Assembly: GCA_963782525.1 (NCBI GenBank)
Contig: CAWAKC010000002.1
Span: 1 to 64,000, forward strand
Reading direction: 5' to 3'
DNA: 64,000 nucleotides
Origin: Candidatus Bathyarchaeota archaeon
GTDB taxonomy: Archaea; Thermoproteota; Bathyarchaeia; Bathyarchaeales; Bathycorpusculaceae
Positions 9,719-19,225 of this stretch are shown here, piece after piece. The notes under the pieces are model-generated. The model saw nothing but the letters and a program-made list of their open reading frames with translations, made no database searches and was not told where the DNA came from. Made by a program: the position numbers and the translations under genes. The number at the start of each line of letters is the position of its first letter. Positions within the stretch are counted from its first letter, which is position 1.

Positions 9719-11398
9719 TTGACATCTTACAAGAAACTATTATCTCGCAAAAAGCCAGCAGAGGTTTCAAAATCTGCAGAAGATTCACAATCAAAGATAA
9801 AGAAGAATAAGAAAACTTCATCCCCCAGAAAAATATCTTTGTTCACTAAAAAAAGCAAATTAGAAGTTCCTGTTACTCTAGTTCCCGAGATAGCGACAAC
9901 TGCCCCAATATCCGAGCCAGTTAACGAGAAAGTGCTCGAAACTTACTCACTTATTGAGCCTTATTGCCGCGTGAATATTGTTAAGGATTTGGATAGGGGT
10001 AATATCAAATATGTTGTTGAGGAGCCTAAACTCACAACTGATGATGAAGTCCACCTTAAGCGGTTAAAAGAAATCCTCAATCAAGTAATTACTTTGAAGC
10101 CGGCAGATTTACAGTCAAAAGACGCTGCTGGAAAGTACCTTGTAACCAAGAGCAAGGAGATTTTTAATGACTATGATTTCAAAATCGATGAAGCAACTCA
10201 AAATAGGCTGCTCTATTGCATAGTTAGGGATAATCTTGGTTTTGGAAAAATAGATTCGTTAATGCATGATCAATTAATCGAGGACCTTTCATGCGATGGA
10301 GTCAACATTCCAATATTCGTTTGGCACCGCAAATCCGAATCTATTCCAACCAACATTCGATTTGAAACGGAAGAAGAACTTGACTCGTTCGCTTTGCGTC
10401 TCGCGTATATGTGTGGAAGCCACGTATCAATCGCTCAACCATTATTGGACGCCAGTTTGCCTGATGGCAGCAGAATCAATCTCACTTACGGCAAGGAGGT
10501 AACTCGAAAAGGATCAACTTTCACCATAAGAAAATTCAAACTCGACCCATTCACAGTAACTGATTTAATCACCTTTGGCACAATTTCGGCGGATATGGCC
10601 GCTTTCTTTTGGTACGCAGTCGAAAACCGAGTATCAATTCTAGTAGCCGGTGGCATTGCAGCTGGCAAAACAACTCTTCTAAACTGTTTAAGTATGTTCA
10701 TTAAAGCTGACTTAAAAGTCGTGTCAATCGAAGACACGCCCGAAATCAATCTTCCGCACGAAAACTGGATTCCAGCAACCACAAGATCGCATTTCGGCAT
10801 AGCCACAGATTCAGCGGACGTAACATTATTCGATTTGCTTAAAGCTTCTTTGAGACAAAGACCAGACTATATCATAGTGGGAGAAATCAGGGGAACAGAA
10901 GCATACACACTCTTCCAAGCAGTAAGCACGGGGCACCTTGGAATGTCAACTGTCCACGCCGAGTCAGTTGAATCAGCCGTTTACCGTTTAGAATCAGCAC
11001 CAATGAACATACCTCGAACTCTTATCGCGGGCATAGACATTATTTTGGTTCAAAAGCGAGTCGAAATAAAAGGTAAACCCATGCGAAAAACAGTTGCGGC
11101 TTCAGAAATCGTCGGTTTAGATCCCCGTTCAGGAGAAATTTTAACAAACGAAGTATACAGATGGAACGCAACAGACGAAACATTCGATTATACTGGCCGA
11201 AGTTACATTCTTGAGAAAATTGCAGAGAAAACGGGTGTAAGCATCGAACAGGCCGAAGAAGAACTCAAAAACAGGAAAAAAGTAATTACCTGGATGGCAA
11301 AGAAGAACATTCGCAATTACAAGGACGTATCAAACATTATTCGCTCTTATATGGAAAATCCTACACGCATACTTGCGGAGGCACTAAAAGACGAATAA
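9719..11398 (+). CDS. Type IV pilus / type II secretion assembly ATPase (FlaI/VirB11/CpaF family)
   Basis: Walker A 'GGIAAGKTT', 'SIEDTPEI', 'SLRQRPDYIIVGEIRG', 'TGHLGMSTVHA'. Confidence 0.95.
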   Translation: MTSYKKLLSRKKPAEVSKSAEDSQSKIKKNKKTSSPRKISLFTKKSKLEVPVTLVPEIATTAPISEPVNEKVLETYSLIEPYCRVNIVKDLDRGNIKYVVEEPKLTTDDEVHLKRLKEILNQVITLKPADLQSKDAAGKYLVTKSKEIFNDYDFKIDEATQNRLLYCIVRDNLGFGKIDSLMHDQLIEDLSCDGVNIPIFVWHRKSESIPTNIRFETEEELDSFALRLAYMCGSHVSIAQPLLDASLPDGSRINLTYGKEVTRKGSTFTIRKFKLDPFTVTDLITFGTISADMAAFFWYAVENRVSILVAGGIAAGKTTLLNCLSMFIKADLKVVSIEDTPEINLPHENWIPATTRSHFGIATDSADVTLFDLLKASLRQRPDYIIVGEIRGTEAYTLFQAVSTGHLGMSTVHAESVESAVYRLESAPMNIPRTLIAGIDIILVQKRVEIKGKPMRKTVAASEIVGLDPRSGEILTNEVYRWNATDETFDYTGRSYILEKIAEKTGVSIEQAEEELKNRKKVITWMAKKNIRNYKDVSNIIRSYMENPTRILAEALKDE

Positions 11399-12269
11399 GC
11401 AGCTGCTTTCCCTCTGCCTAAAAGCATCTAAACTTGTTCCATCCTCCCTCGTTGAAGAATTAAAGAGTATGCAGGACAACCTATCTAAAGCAGCGGTAAA
11501 AATCACCTTCCAAGCTTATTTAGGTTTGATGGCGTTTTCCACCCTTGTTGCGGTCGTGTTAGGTTTTGGGCTTTCTTTTCTGATTTTTTCTATCAGACTT
11601 CCGTTTGTGCCCGCATTTATATTTTCGATAGTAGCGGCAATGATAGCGGGAATTTCCGTTTTTGGGTTTTGCTATGTTTATCCTGTCCTTACAATATCTT
11701 CAAAAGTGCGAAAAATAGATTCAAATTTGCCCTTAACGGCCAATTTCATGGCCGTATTAGCAAGTTCAGGCATGCCCCCGGAACGCATTTTCCGATCTTT
11801 AGCCAATGTCGGTGATGAATTCGGAGTTGGTGATGAAATGAGGCGGGCAATTGCTGATACAGAATTGATGGGTTTAGATTTGAACGATGCTTTAAAGCGT
11901 GCAGCTGTAAGATCTGCTTCAAGAAAGTTTGGTTCAATGTTAGATGGCATTGTTACAACTTCGCATATGGGTGGAGACTTAGCATCTTTTCTCAGAGATG
12001 AGTCAGAAAAAGCCAAGAAGCTACGAGTTACTTCAATGAAAAGCTTCCTAGACAGTCTTGCAGGCATGGCTGAAGTCTACGTCAGTTTCATGATTGCATT
12101 GCCATTGGTCCTTGTTGTTATGCTCTCCGTAATGTCCTTCTTAGGCGGCGGATCAATGCTCGCTGGCATGGATCCTCAAACAGTTTTGGTTCTAATGACA
12201 TTCGTAGTGACACCTGCAGGCGTCGGAATAATGTTGCTAATGGTCGATTCAATGACTCCACCGAGGTAA
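11391..12269 (+). CDS. TadC/FlaJ-like (T2SS F) membrane platform protein; the frame is open from ACG at 11391, first ATG at 11469
   Basis: 'KIDSNLP...MAVLASSGMP...G.DL..AL...GGDL..FL' T2SSF pattern; several TM segments. Confidence 0.88.
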   Translation, partial: TNKQLLSLCLKASKLVPSSLVEELKSMQDNLSKAAVKITFQAYLGLMAFSTLVAVVLGFGLSFLIFSIRLPFVPAFIFSIVAAMIAGISVFGFCYVYPVLTISSKVRKIDSNLPLTANFMAVLASSGMPPERIFRSLANVGDEFGVGDEMRRAIADTELMGLDLNDALKRAAVRSASRKFGSMLDGIVTTSHMGGDLASFLRDESEKAKKLRVTSMKSFLDSLAGMAEVYVSFMIALPLVLVVMLSVMSFLGGGSMLAGMDPQTVLVLMTFVVTPAGVGIMLLMVDSMTPPR

Positions 12270-12274
12270 TACTA

Positions 12275-13129
12275 TTGGGCAAAGTAACAATTAAGAAAAG
12301 ACAATATACCGTGGGGCTATCGATACTTGCTGTAGTTATAGCTATTGCAATTATTGCTGCTATTTCATTCTCGGCATTAACAAAATATGTCAACGAAATC
12401 TTTTTCGTTAGCATACTAATAGTATTAGTTCCCTCGGCAATTCTTGACTTAAAACATCAAAGATGGATATCCTCAATAGAAAATCAGATGCCTCTACTCG
12501 TTAGAGGCGTTGCAGAATCTCAGGAAACCGGAATGACCTTAATTCGAGCTTTAGAAAAAGTTGTCGACAACAAAATGGTTAGCGGCCCCCTTTCCAAAGA
12601 AGTAAAACAATTAGTTATTGAAATGTCTTGGGGAACCTCCTTTGAAGATGCACTAACCAATTTCAAAAATCGCATAAACTCACCAATCGTAAATCGCTTC
12701 TGTGTGCTAGTTCTGGAAGCAAGCCGATCAGGAGGCACAATCAAAAAAGTCTTTACAGCAACAGCCGGTTTCATGGAGGAAATGAAAGACATCGATAGAG
12801 AAACCGATGCTCAAATGAAACCTTACATCATAGTTATTTACGCTGCTTTTGCTGTGTTCATAGTTACAGCAATTCTTCTGGTCCGCTCATTTTTTGCACC
12901 GATGTCTGGTTCTCAGCAAATATCTGGTTCAGGCAACGCCGTTATCGGTGGGGTGGGCGGTCTTAAGGACTTCTTCTATCAAGACATGTTAGTTTCCGGC
13001 TTAACAGGGGGTCTGATGGCGGGAAAAATTGGGGAACGTAGAGTGGCTGGAGGCATGAAACATTCGATCTTACTCGTGGTTGTTGGATACGCCATATTCT
13101 TTGCCGGTATACCGCCCAATTGGATGTGA
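12275..13129 (+). CDS. TadC/FlaJ-like (T2SS F) membrane platform protein
   Basis: 'IENQMP.LVRGVAESQETGMTL..AL', 'SWGTSFEDAL', 'EASRSGG', 'GLMAGKIGE...GMKH'. Confidence 0.9.
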   Translation: MGKVTIKKRQYTVGLSILAVVIAIAIIAAISFSALTKYVNEIFFVSILIVLVPSAILDLKHQRWISSIENQMPLLVRGVAESQETGMTLIRALEKVVDNKMVSGPLSKEVKQLVIEMSWGTSFEDALTNFKNRINSPIVNRFCVLVLEASRSGGTIKKVFTATAGFMEEMKDIDRETDAQMKPYIIVIYAAFAVFIVTAILLVRSFFAPMSGSQQISGSGNAVIGGVGGLKDFFYQDMLVSGLTGGLMAGKIGERRVAGGMKHSILLVVVGYAIFFAGIPPNWM

Positions 13130-13133
13130 AAAA

Positions 13134-13559
13134 ATGAAAAGAAACCTATTTAAAAATAAAAAAGGCGTTTCAACTGTTATCGGCACCATTCTAATGATAC
13201 TGGTTGTTATGGCTGGTATGAGCATACTTTTCGGTGCTTTAATCGTTTACTCTGATGATTTTCATTCAGGCAGAGGAAGTTCAGTGTTGGAATCCATAAC
13301 TGTAGAGGATGTTCATTTCGTTAACCAGAATACTGTTCAGCTTTCACTTTATAACACTGGCAAAGTGGAATTAACAGTTAGCGACGTTTATATAAATGGG
13401 CAAATGGCAACTATCAATGCTAAGTTAACTCTCGCTGAGGGGGCTCATGGAGTCATAGTCGTATCTCCTCCTTTCACATTCAGTGGTACTGGAGTCGGTT
13501 ATGGCTTCAAGATTGTAACTTCAAGAGGATCTGGCTTCGAGGGAACATACATATGGTAA
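13134..13559 (+). CDS. Minor type IV pilin
   Basis: From ATG 13134: 'KNKKG|VSTVIGTILMILVVMAG' class III signal; 'YNTGKVEL.VSDVYING'. Confidence 0.88.
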   Translation: MKRNLFKNKKGVSTVIGTILMILVVMAGMSILFGALIVYSDDFHSGRGSSVLESITVEDVHFVNQNTVQLSLYNTGKVELTVSDVYINGQMATINAKLTLAEGAHGVIVVSPPFTFSGTGVGYGFKIVTSRGSGFEGTYIW

Positions 13560-14635
13560 ACAAGAATACTCCCAATTTTATTAAACGCTTCATGGTCAAT
13601 CGTAAAGGCACTGCAGAGGTCATAGGCACTGTTCTTTTCATTATAATTCTTCTTTTTGCTTTCAGCAACATCTATCTTTGGCATGACACTCAGGTAAAAA
13701 CAATGAACACACTCCTCTCGGACAAACTAAATTCCCAAGTAGAAGTCTATTGGCTGCTAGACGCAAATGGTAAAGAAACTTCTACCATAGCTGTTACAAA
13801 CACTGGTGGCATAAGTACCAGCTTATCCAGACTTTGGATAGTAACTAATTCGGGAACTCATCGGTATGCTAATTTGGAGGATGCAAGCGGAAATTTCTTC
13901 AGCATTGCAGCAGGAAATACTGTGACAATCGTTTTAAGCGGGACTACATCAACAGCTGATCCAATCCCTGCCACTTGGACTAACTCTGTGGCTACAGTGT
14001 CATTCAATAAAGCTGACGGCGAGACATTTACAGTTCTTACAACGCTAGGTAACATGGCATCACCACAAGGAATGTTAAAAGTAGTCAACCAAATCGGTGG
14101 CGGAGATGGAGGAAATGAGAACAGTAATTCTCCAGTTGGATCTGTAATTGTCGCGAATTTTTCAACTTTCGATTATTACACAGTTTCAGGTTCATCATTA
14201 GGTTCTTCTAACAATGGATACAACATTAATTCAAACGGAGCGCCCGTTGCATTTAGTGTCGTCTTGACAAACATGGATGAGAATCATCGGAATATAGTCT
14301 TGAATTATACCAGTCAAATGTTTTTTATCGATACATTTAACCCCACTAAAGTTGGATACCTTATTTTCTATACCGTTAACGTTGATAATAATGGTAATAT
14401 CTCTCCAACCTATTCGAATGTGAATTTAGACTATGGTAAGCCGACTACTGTGTACTTCGCTTCTGCAAATGCTATCTTTGGGTCTTCACATTACAAAGCT
14501 ATGACCTTGGTAACCACAGGAAGCAAAGCCGATCCGGGTGTCTATCCATTAAATCTCGCATTGCTTGGATCTTTCAGCGATGGTAGCGTTTTAGGACAAA
14601 ACGTGCCCTTTGTGTCTGTTTACATAAACAGTTAA
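13553..14635 (+). CDS. Minor pilin / pilin-like adhesin (two beta-rich domains)
   Basis: 'NRKG|TAEVIGTVLFIIILLFAF' class III signal; overlaps the upstream stop. Confidence 0.8.
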   Translation: MVNKNTPNFIKRFMVNRKGTAEVIGTVLFIIILLFAFSNIYLWHDTQVKTMNTLLSDKLNSQVEVYWLLDANGKETSTIAVTNTGGISTSLSRLWIVTNSGTHRYANLEDASGNFFSIAAGNTVTIVLSGTTSTADPIPATWTNSVATVSFNKADGETFTVLTTLGNMASPQGMLKVVNQIGGGDGGNENSNSPVGSVIVANFSTFDYYTVSGSSLGSSNNGYNINSNGAPVAFSVVLTNMDENHRNIVLNYTSQMFFIDTFNPTKVGYLIFYTVNVDNNGNISPTYSNVNLDYGKPTTVYFASANAIFGSSHYKAMTLVTTGSKADPGVYPLNLALLGSFSDGSVLGQNVPFVSVYINS

Positions 14636-14828
14636 AATCTATTCTTTTTTTATATTGTTCTATCTTTTAAGTAAAACTTTGGAAAATTGATTAAACAAAT
14701 TTTTAGCTATCCTTCGAGCTTTATTAAATGGTCTGATTATCAAAAATTTTATCTAAAACTCAACAAGATAGTTCTTTATCTTACTCTAGACATATAAAAA
14801 ATGTTTTACGTTATGTTTCGGGAAAGTT

Positions 14829-15308
14829 TTAGTTTCCCCATTTTAAGGTGCTGTTGTATTCTGTTAGTGTGGTGCCGTGGTAGGAGAATTGGATGTCTAC
14901 TTTTGCGTATGCGCCTGCTTTTAGAGTTTCTATGTTGGTTGAGCTATCTATACCAATGGAGTTATCAGTTCTGAGTGCGGTTACCTGGAGTACGCAGTTG
15001 TTTGCTGTGCTCGTTCCAACGTTGCATACATATCCGTTTACTTCCAAGAAAGGTGCACTAATGTCTGTCCGATTATCTGTGTACTGCATGCCAACGGTGA
15101 TTAGTTTGGCTGTTGGCAAAGTGCCATTTACCACTTGTGTTTGAAGATTGACTATTTGGTTGTTCAAAGATTGGATCTGAGTGTTTTTACTATTCATTTC
15201 TGAGTAGTAGGTAAATATAGAGAAGTTTAGAGCAACTAAAGTTGCAATACAGAGTACAACAAGTGCAATTGCCACTTTTCTGCTTACTGTTTTGGCTGTG
15301 TGTGTCAT
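14829..15308 (-). CDS. Membrane-anchored protein with short coiled coil and Ig-like C-terminal domain
   Basis: N-terminal TM, 'QIQSLNNQIVNLQTQV' heptads, 'VNGYVCNVGT..A'. Confidence 0.7.
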   Translation of the reverse strand: MTHTAKTVSRKVAIALVVLCIATLVALNFSIFTYYSEMNSKNTQIQSLNNQIVNLQTQVVNGTLPTAKLITVGMQYTDNRTDISAPFLEVNGYVCNVGTSTANNCVLQVTALRTDNSIGIDSSTNIETLKAGAYAKVDIQFSYHGTTLTEYNSTLKWGN

Positions 15309-15475
15309 ATGGAATCGTCCTTTTTCCTACTGTTGTCTCATTGAGCATAAGTATTTTTCGGAGGATTATTACATCAACGTAATGAGCTCAATTGTATTCT
15401 CTAATTGCACCTTTAAATTAGCTCTGAAATGGGTATATATTAGCCATTCGCCTTTACCTAGGTAGGTTAAAAGTC

Positions 15476-15700
15476 ATGCCGAAATGTCCAAATTGTCTAA
15501 CACACACTATAGGACCTGATAAGGAATGGAACTTTGGGCGATTCCGAATCAAGATGTATAAGTGCAAAAAATGTGGAAATCAATTTAGAGAATTTTACAA
15601 AGAAAATACGCTAAAATTCGTGTTGAGCGCCCACAACGGCAGTTTAGGAAAAATCAAAGCCACAAAAGAAACAATGGATAGGCAAAAAACCTACCAATAG
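15476..15700 (+). CDS. Small Zn-ribbon protein (CPxC...CxxC)
   Basis: MPKCPNC...YKCKKCG; paralogs at 23753 and 52830. Confidence 0.75.
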   Translation: MPKCPNCLTHTIGPDKEWNFGRFRIKMYKCKKCGNQFREFYKENTLKFVLSAHNGSLGKIKATKETMDRQKTYQ

Positions 15701-15834
15701 ACGCTTTTATCAAGGAGAGGAAATAGACTTGAGTTTCCTTTGAGCGTTCGCTAAGAGATGGCAAATAGAGATAACAAATAAAAGATTAAGCGGCTTAAAA
15801 AAAACTAAAATATAAACTAGGGAATGGAATAATT

Positions 15835-16308
15835 TTGGAACCAAACAATGAAGAGACTAAGATTATTTATGAAGTAACAGACCACATCAAAAAAAGATAT
15901 TTTAAGAATAAACCCGTTAAGTTCGAGATTTTTGAACCTCTAACTCCCGAGTGGAAAAACAAATTCAAGTATCCAACTGGAGGATATGCTTGGGGAGACA
16001 ACTGGTCAAACGAGATTATCCATTTAACAAGATGTCAAGACAAGATGGCATTCTATGAACTTGTTTTCCACGAAGTCTATAGATTGAACACTCCAGAAGG
16101 GCACGAAGAGATCTTTCCGAAAGAAAGGCGGTATATTGAAGCAAAATTCGGAGTCAAACTTGATCAATGGTTGCCTCTTCAAGACGAAATGATTAGAACC
16201 CTCTATCACGTAGATAAAAAAATGTTAGAAAATAGTTTAAAGAATTGCGGGGAACAATCAAGAACAATGGATGAAATAGAGCAACGCGCAAAAGAGCTGG
16301 GGCTTTAA
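15835..16308 (+). CDS. Hypothetical protein with degenerate zincin-like motif
   Basis: 'GGYAW...ELVFHEVYRL...GH..IF' (HExxH with the second His replaced by Arg). Confidence 0.55.
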   Translation: MEPNNEETKIIYEVTDHIKKRYFKNKPVKFEIFEPLTPEWKNKFKYPTGGYAWGDNWSNEIIHLTRCQDKMAFYELVFHEVYRLNTPEGHEEIFPKERRYIEAKFGVKLDQWLPLQDEMIRTLYHVDKKMLENSLKNCGEQSRTMDEIEQRAKELGL

Positions 16309-16386
16309 TTTTTTTAGCCTTTTTTGCGGGCGCTATCATTCTCCCAAACTAAGCAAGGGCTAAAAAATTTCAAAGGATTAATTGCG

Positions 16387-16683
16387 TTACGGGATGTATT
16401 CTGTAACAAGCTTCTCTGCTTGTTCATCCGACAAATAGTCTGATAGATACATATGGATGAGTTCTCTCAAAGCATTCCTTCGGAGTTCCTTGTTGAGTTT
16501 ATTATTTGATGCGTCGTTGATTCCACTATTCTGATTGTTGATGTAGCTATTTGGGTTGTTAATGTCATAGTTTGGGTTATAGAAGTCGCTTTTGGGATTA
16601 TTTAGGTAGCTATTTGGATTGTTGTCTTGAGTCTTCAAGTCTTTGATAATTTGTCTGAATAATGAGCCAATAGTAATAGGCAT
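16387..16683 (-). CDS. Hypothetical protein with Asn-rich NPNS/NPxS repeats
   Basis: GGAGG SD upstream; 'NNPNSYLNNPKSDFYNPNYDINNPNSYINN'. Confidence 0.6.
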   Translation of the reverse strand: MPITIGSLFRQIIKDLKTQDNNPNSYLNNPKSDFYNPNYDINNPNSYINNQNSGINDASNNKLNKELRRNALRELIHMYLSDYLSDEQAEKLVTEYIP

Positions 16684-16785
16684 AAACGTCCTCCTTCTAA
16701 ATCTCTAAGGCGGATCATTCTTATTAGTCTATAACATTTAATCTCAGACCCTAATTTTTTAGGGCAATGCTCTAATAAGGTTGAT

Positions 16786-16804
16786 TGGATTAAAATTTAA
16801 TCCA
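16786..16804. promoter_or_regulatory. 19-bp palindrome, copy 1 (operator- or recombination-site-like)
   Basis: TGGATTAAA-A-TTTAATCCA, identical to 17825-17843. Confidence 0.6.
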
Positions 16805-17116
16805 CAAATTTTAAACAAAAGTTAACTAACGTTTTGTTAAACTTTTTATGCTCTAAAAAGTTCAGCCATTAGATGATTTCGCCTAACAAGTAGAACAGCA
16901 GCCAAAAAAGTAAATAACTAAAAGATTTGATTAAATTAGAGGGATTTTCCCTCTCTTTCGTGAGAAGCTCTCCTTTCTCCTCAAACAAAAAAGGTGACTT
17001 TAAGGCTTAAAAAGAATAGTTCAACTTTGGAATATATCAAAAGCAACAACTCAGTAAGCTACTTTAAAACAATCAGTTAGAAATTAATGGAAACTCACAC
17101 AACAATACACAAGATT

Positions 17117-17500
17117 TTATACGCCTTTGATAGATTCGTTTATTTTCCTAAGTTCTTCTTTCTCTTCCGCTTCCAACTCTTCCTTTCGCTTTATATCCGC
17201 AAGTTCCTTGTTTTTCTGGGCGATACACGCAACGTTGGCTTGCTCCAAATACTTATCCATCAATTTTATGTCATTTTTGAGTTCACCCATTGTTGACTCA
17301 AAATCAAGCGTGCTATCTGACGCGAATCGAGCATTTGATGGATGTGTTTTGTTATGTTGGCAACTGATAGGGTTTCTAAAATACTGTAACCAATTCACAT
17401 TAGGAGCCGAACTTAGGCGAATACGAACCCATAAATCATCACCCGTTTTGCTCACTACCTCCGCTGAACCAACCCTTCTAATGTTTGAAGACTCAGACAT
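17117..17500 (-). CDS. Hypothetical protein, paralog of 18298-18687
   Basis: Shared 'RVG...W.Q.YFR.P...HPS...MDKY..QAN...EL..INE.. K' pattern. Confidence 0.75.
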   Translation of the reverse strand: MSESSNIRRVGSAEVVSKTGDDLWVRIRLSSAPNVNWLQYFRNPISCQHNKTHPSNARFASDSTLDFESTMGELKNDIKLMDKYLEQANVACIAQKNKELADIKRKEELEAEEKEELRKINESIKGV

Positions 17501-17824
17501 TGCTTGTCACCATTTGAGAATAAACATTGTATATAATTATAATTTTTCCTTGTAAAATCAACAAGCCATAACTAACTATTCGAAGTTTTGCTCTAGTGGA
17601 CCGATATACGTCCCTCTAATCTCTTTGTTTGAGTTTTAATTTTTTTTATGCATTAAATTTAGTGCAATTTGTGTATACTCGATTCCGACACTATCCTATA
17701 TGGTTAAACTATCCTACCCCCTCTTCATCCCGATTTTGCAGCCCAGCCCTAAACAAAGTAGGTATGAACGATTATACCTCCTTTGTTTGAAAAGCTGCCC
17801 CTGATGTTAAAGAAGTGGTGGTGG

Positions 17825-17843
17825 TGGATTAAAATTTAATCCA
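17825..17843. promoter_or_regulatory. 19-bp palindrome, copy 2
   Basis: TGGATTAAAATTTAATCCA. Confidence 0.6.
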
Positions 17844-17899
17844 ACCGCACCTAAAACTTTTTGAAGGTTAAAGTTGTTCATTTACAAGGATAAATTTTG

Positions 17900-18034
17900 A
17901 TGGATAAAGCAAAAATTAAAGATGAAATGTGCACATGTGGGCACCTCAAAAGTGAACATTCGTATTTTTTAGATAGAGTATGTACTAAATCTAGATGTGA
18001 ATGTTACAAGTTCGTTTTGAAGGATGAAAAATAA
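17900..18034 (+). CDS. 44-aa Cys/His zinc-finger microprotein (CxCGHxxxxH...CxxxxCxCxxF); not in the ORF track
   Basis: MDKAKIKDEMCTCGHLKSEHSYFLDRVCTKSRCECYKFVLKDEK; AAGGA upstream. Confidence 0.7.
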   Translation: MDKAKIKDEMCTCGHLKSEHSYFLDRVCTKSRCECYKFVLKDEK

Positions 18035-18297
18035 AAGCCTAATTTTTTAGACTTGCGGAAACTCTAATGACACTCAAACGAAAAGAGAAGAATTGAAAGA
18101 GATACTCTGCTTTGGGTTCTTCAAAACATGCCGTAATTAATTCATTTTCTTAACTTTTGTTAAGTCTTAAATCTGCACAGCAAAGAAAGAGATTCTCATG
18201 GCAAGAGGAGCAAGATTAAATTTTAATGCACACACACATTTCGTTAAAATTAAGTTTTCTGACCAGAAAAGCCTTTTGATTGCTCAAACAGAATAAA

Positions 18298-18687
18298 TTA
18301 AAGGTCTTTGAGAGTTTCGTTAATTCGCTCAAGTTCTTCTTTTCGTTTTCTTTCCAGTTCATGGAGGTTTTTTTCTTCAAGTAACTGCTCGGCTTTTTTT
18401 CTGTTATAACCATCATTTGCTTGCTGTATATACTTGTCCATCCACTCAACATTAGCCTTAATATCAGACTCAAATGATACAAAAATAATGGTGCTGCTTT
18501 CTACAAATACGCTGCTTGGATGTACTCCACTAGCCGTATTAAATAAAGGGTGTCTAAAGTAGTCTTGCACCCAAATATAGTCAGGATAACCATTAAGAGA
18601 AATTTCAACAGTGAGGAACCCGTTTACATCTTTGGCTTTGACTCTGGGTGGTCCAACCCGTTTAAACTCAGCTTTTTCAGTGCTCAT
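18298..18687 (-). CDS. Hypothetical protein, paralog of 17117-17500
   Basis: Same pattern as the paralog; C-terminal coiled coil. Confidence 0.75.
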   Translation of the reverse strand: MSTEKAEFKRVGPPRVKAKDVNGFLTVEISLNGYPDYIWVQDYFRHPLFNTASGVHPSSVFVESSTIIFVSFESDIKANVEWMDKYIQQANDGYNRKKAEQLLEEKNLHELERKRKEELERINETLKDL

Positions 18688-18822
18688 TAGGATACCCCTT
18701 TCATAATTTGTGCTAATTGCTTATTACTGGATACTGTTATTAACCGTTGCAAAAAGACTTTTCGTGCTGGGTAATTTCACAGTATCTACTAACCAAAGGG
18801 TTTAACAGGTTAAAACACAGAA

Positions 18823-19149
18823 GTGTTTTTGGTGGATTTGAAAATGACTTCAAGAACTTCTAATGTTGGTAAGCTTTTTGATTTTAATGTAAACGGATAT
18901 GGAGTAGTAACCCACGAAGCAAAAGTAGACTATAAAACTTGGTCACCTGTTATTCACATTTTGAAGTTTACAGATGATAAACATAAAGACTTAATTAAAC
19001 TCAGATTCGGATATTGTGATAACACTGGAAGACTGATTGCGAGACCATTATTCCTTAGCGAAAGTGAACTTACCGAATTGGGAAAAGAAGCCGCAAAAGA
19101 CCCCGAAATGAAGAAAATGCTCAAAGGCTTCTGTGACCAAATCAGGTAA
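18823..19149 (+). CDS. Hypothetical protein (likely start ATG 18844)
   Basis: Clean ORF with protein-like composition. Confidence 0.6.
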   Translation: MFLVDLKMTSRTSNVGKLFDFNVNGYGVVTHEAKVDYKTWSPVIHILKFTDDKHKDLIKLRFGYCDNTGRLIARPLFLSESELTELGKEAAKDPEMKKMLKGFCDQIR

Positions 19150-19225
19150 CTTAAACTTAACAAATGGCAGACCACGTTTTAATGCAACCACATTTTAAAA
19201 AAATAAGGAAAAGAGACGTAAAAAC

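Noticed and set aside
456-14088. Numerous antisense or alternate-frame ORFs inside long genes (e.g. 456-734, 7516-7869, 11678-12067)
   Set aside because: Shadow ORFs fully overlapping well-supported genes
9170-14635. Archaellum operon
   Set aside because: Subunits have pilin-type rather than archaellin N-termini; no flaF/flaG, canonical flaH or che genes
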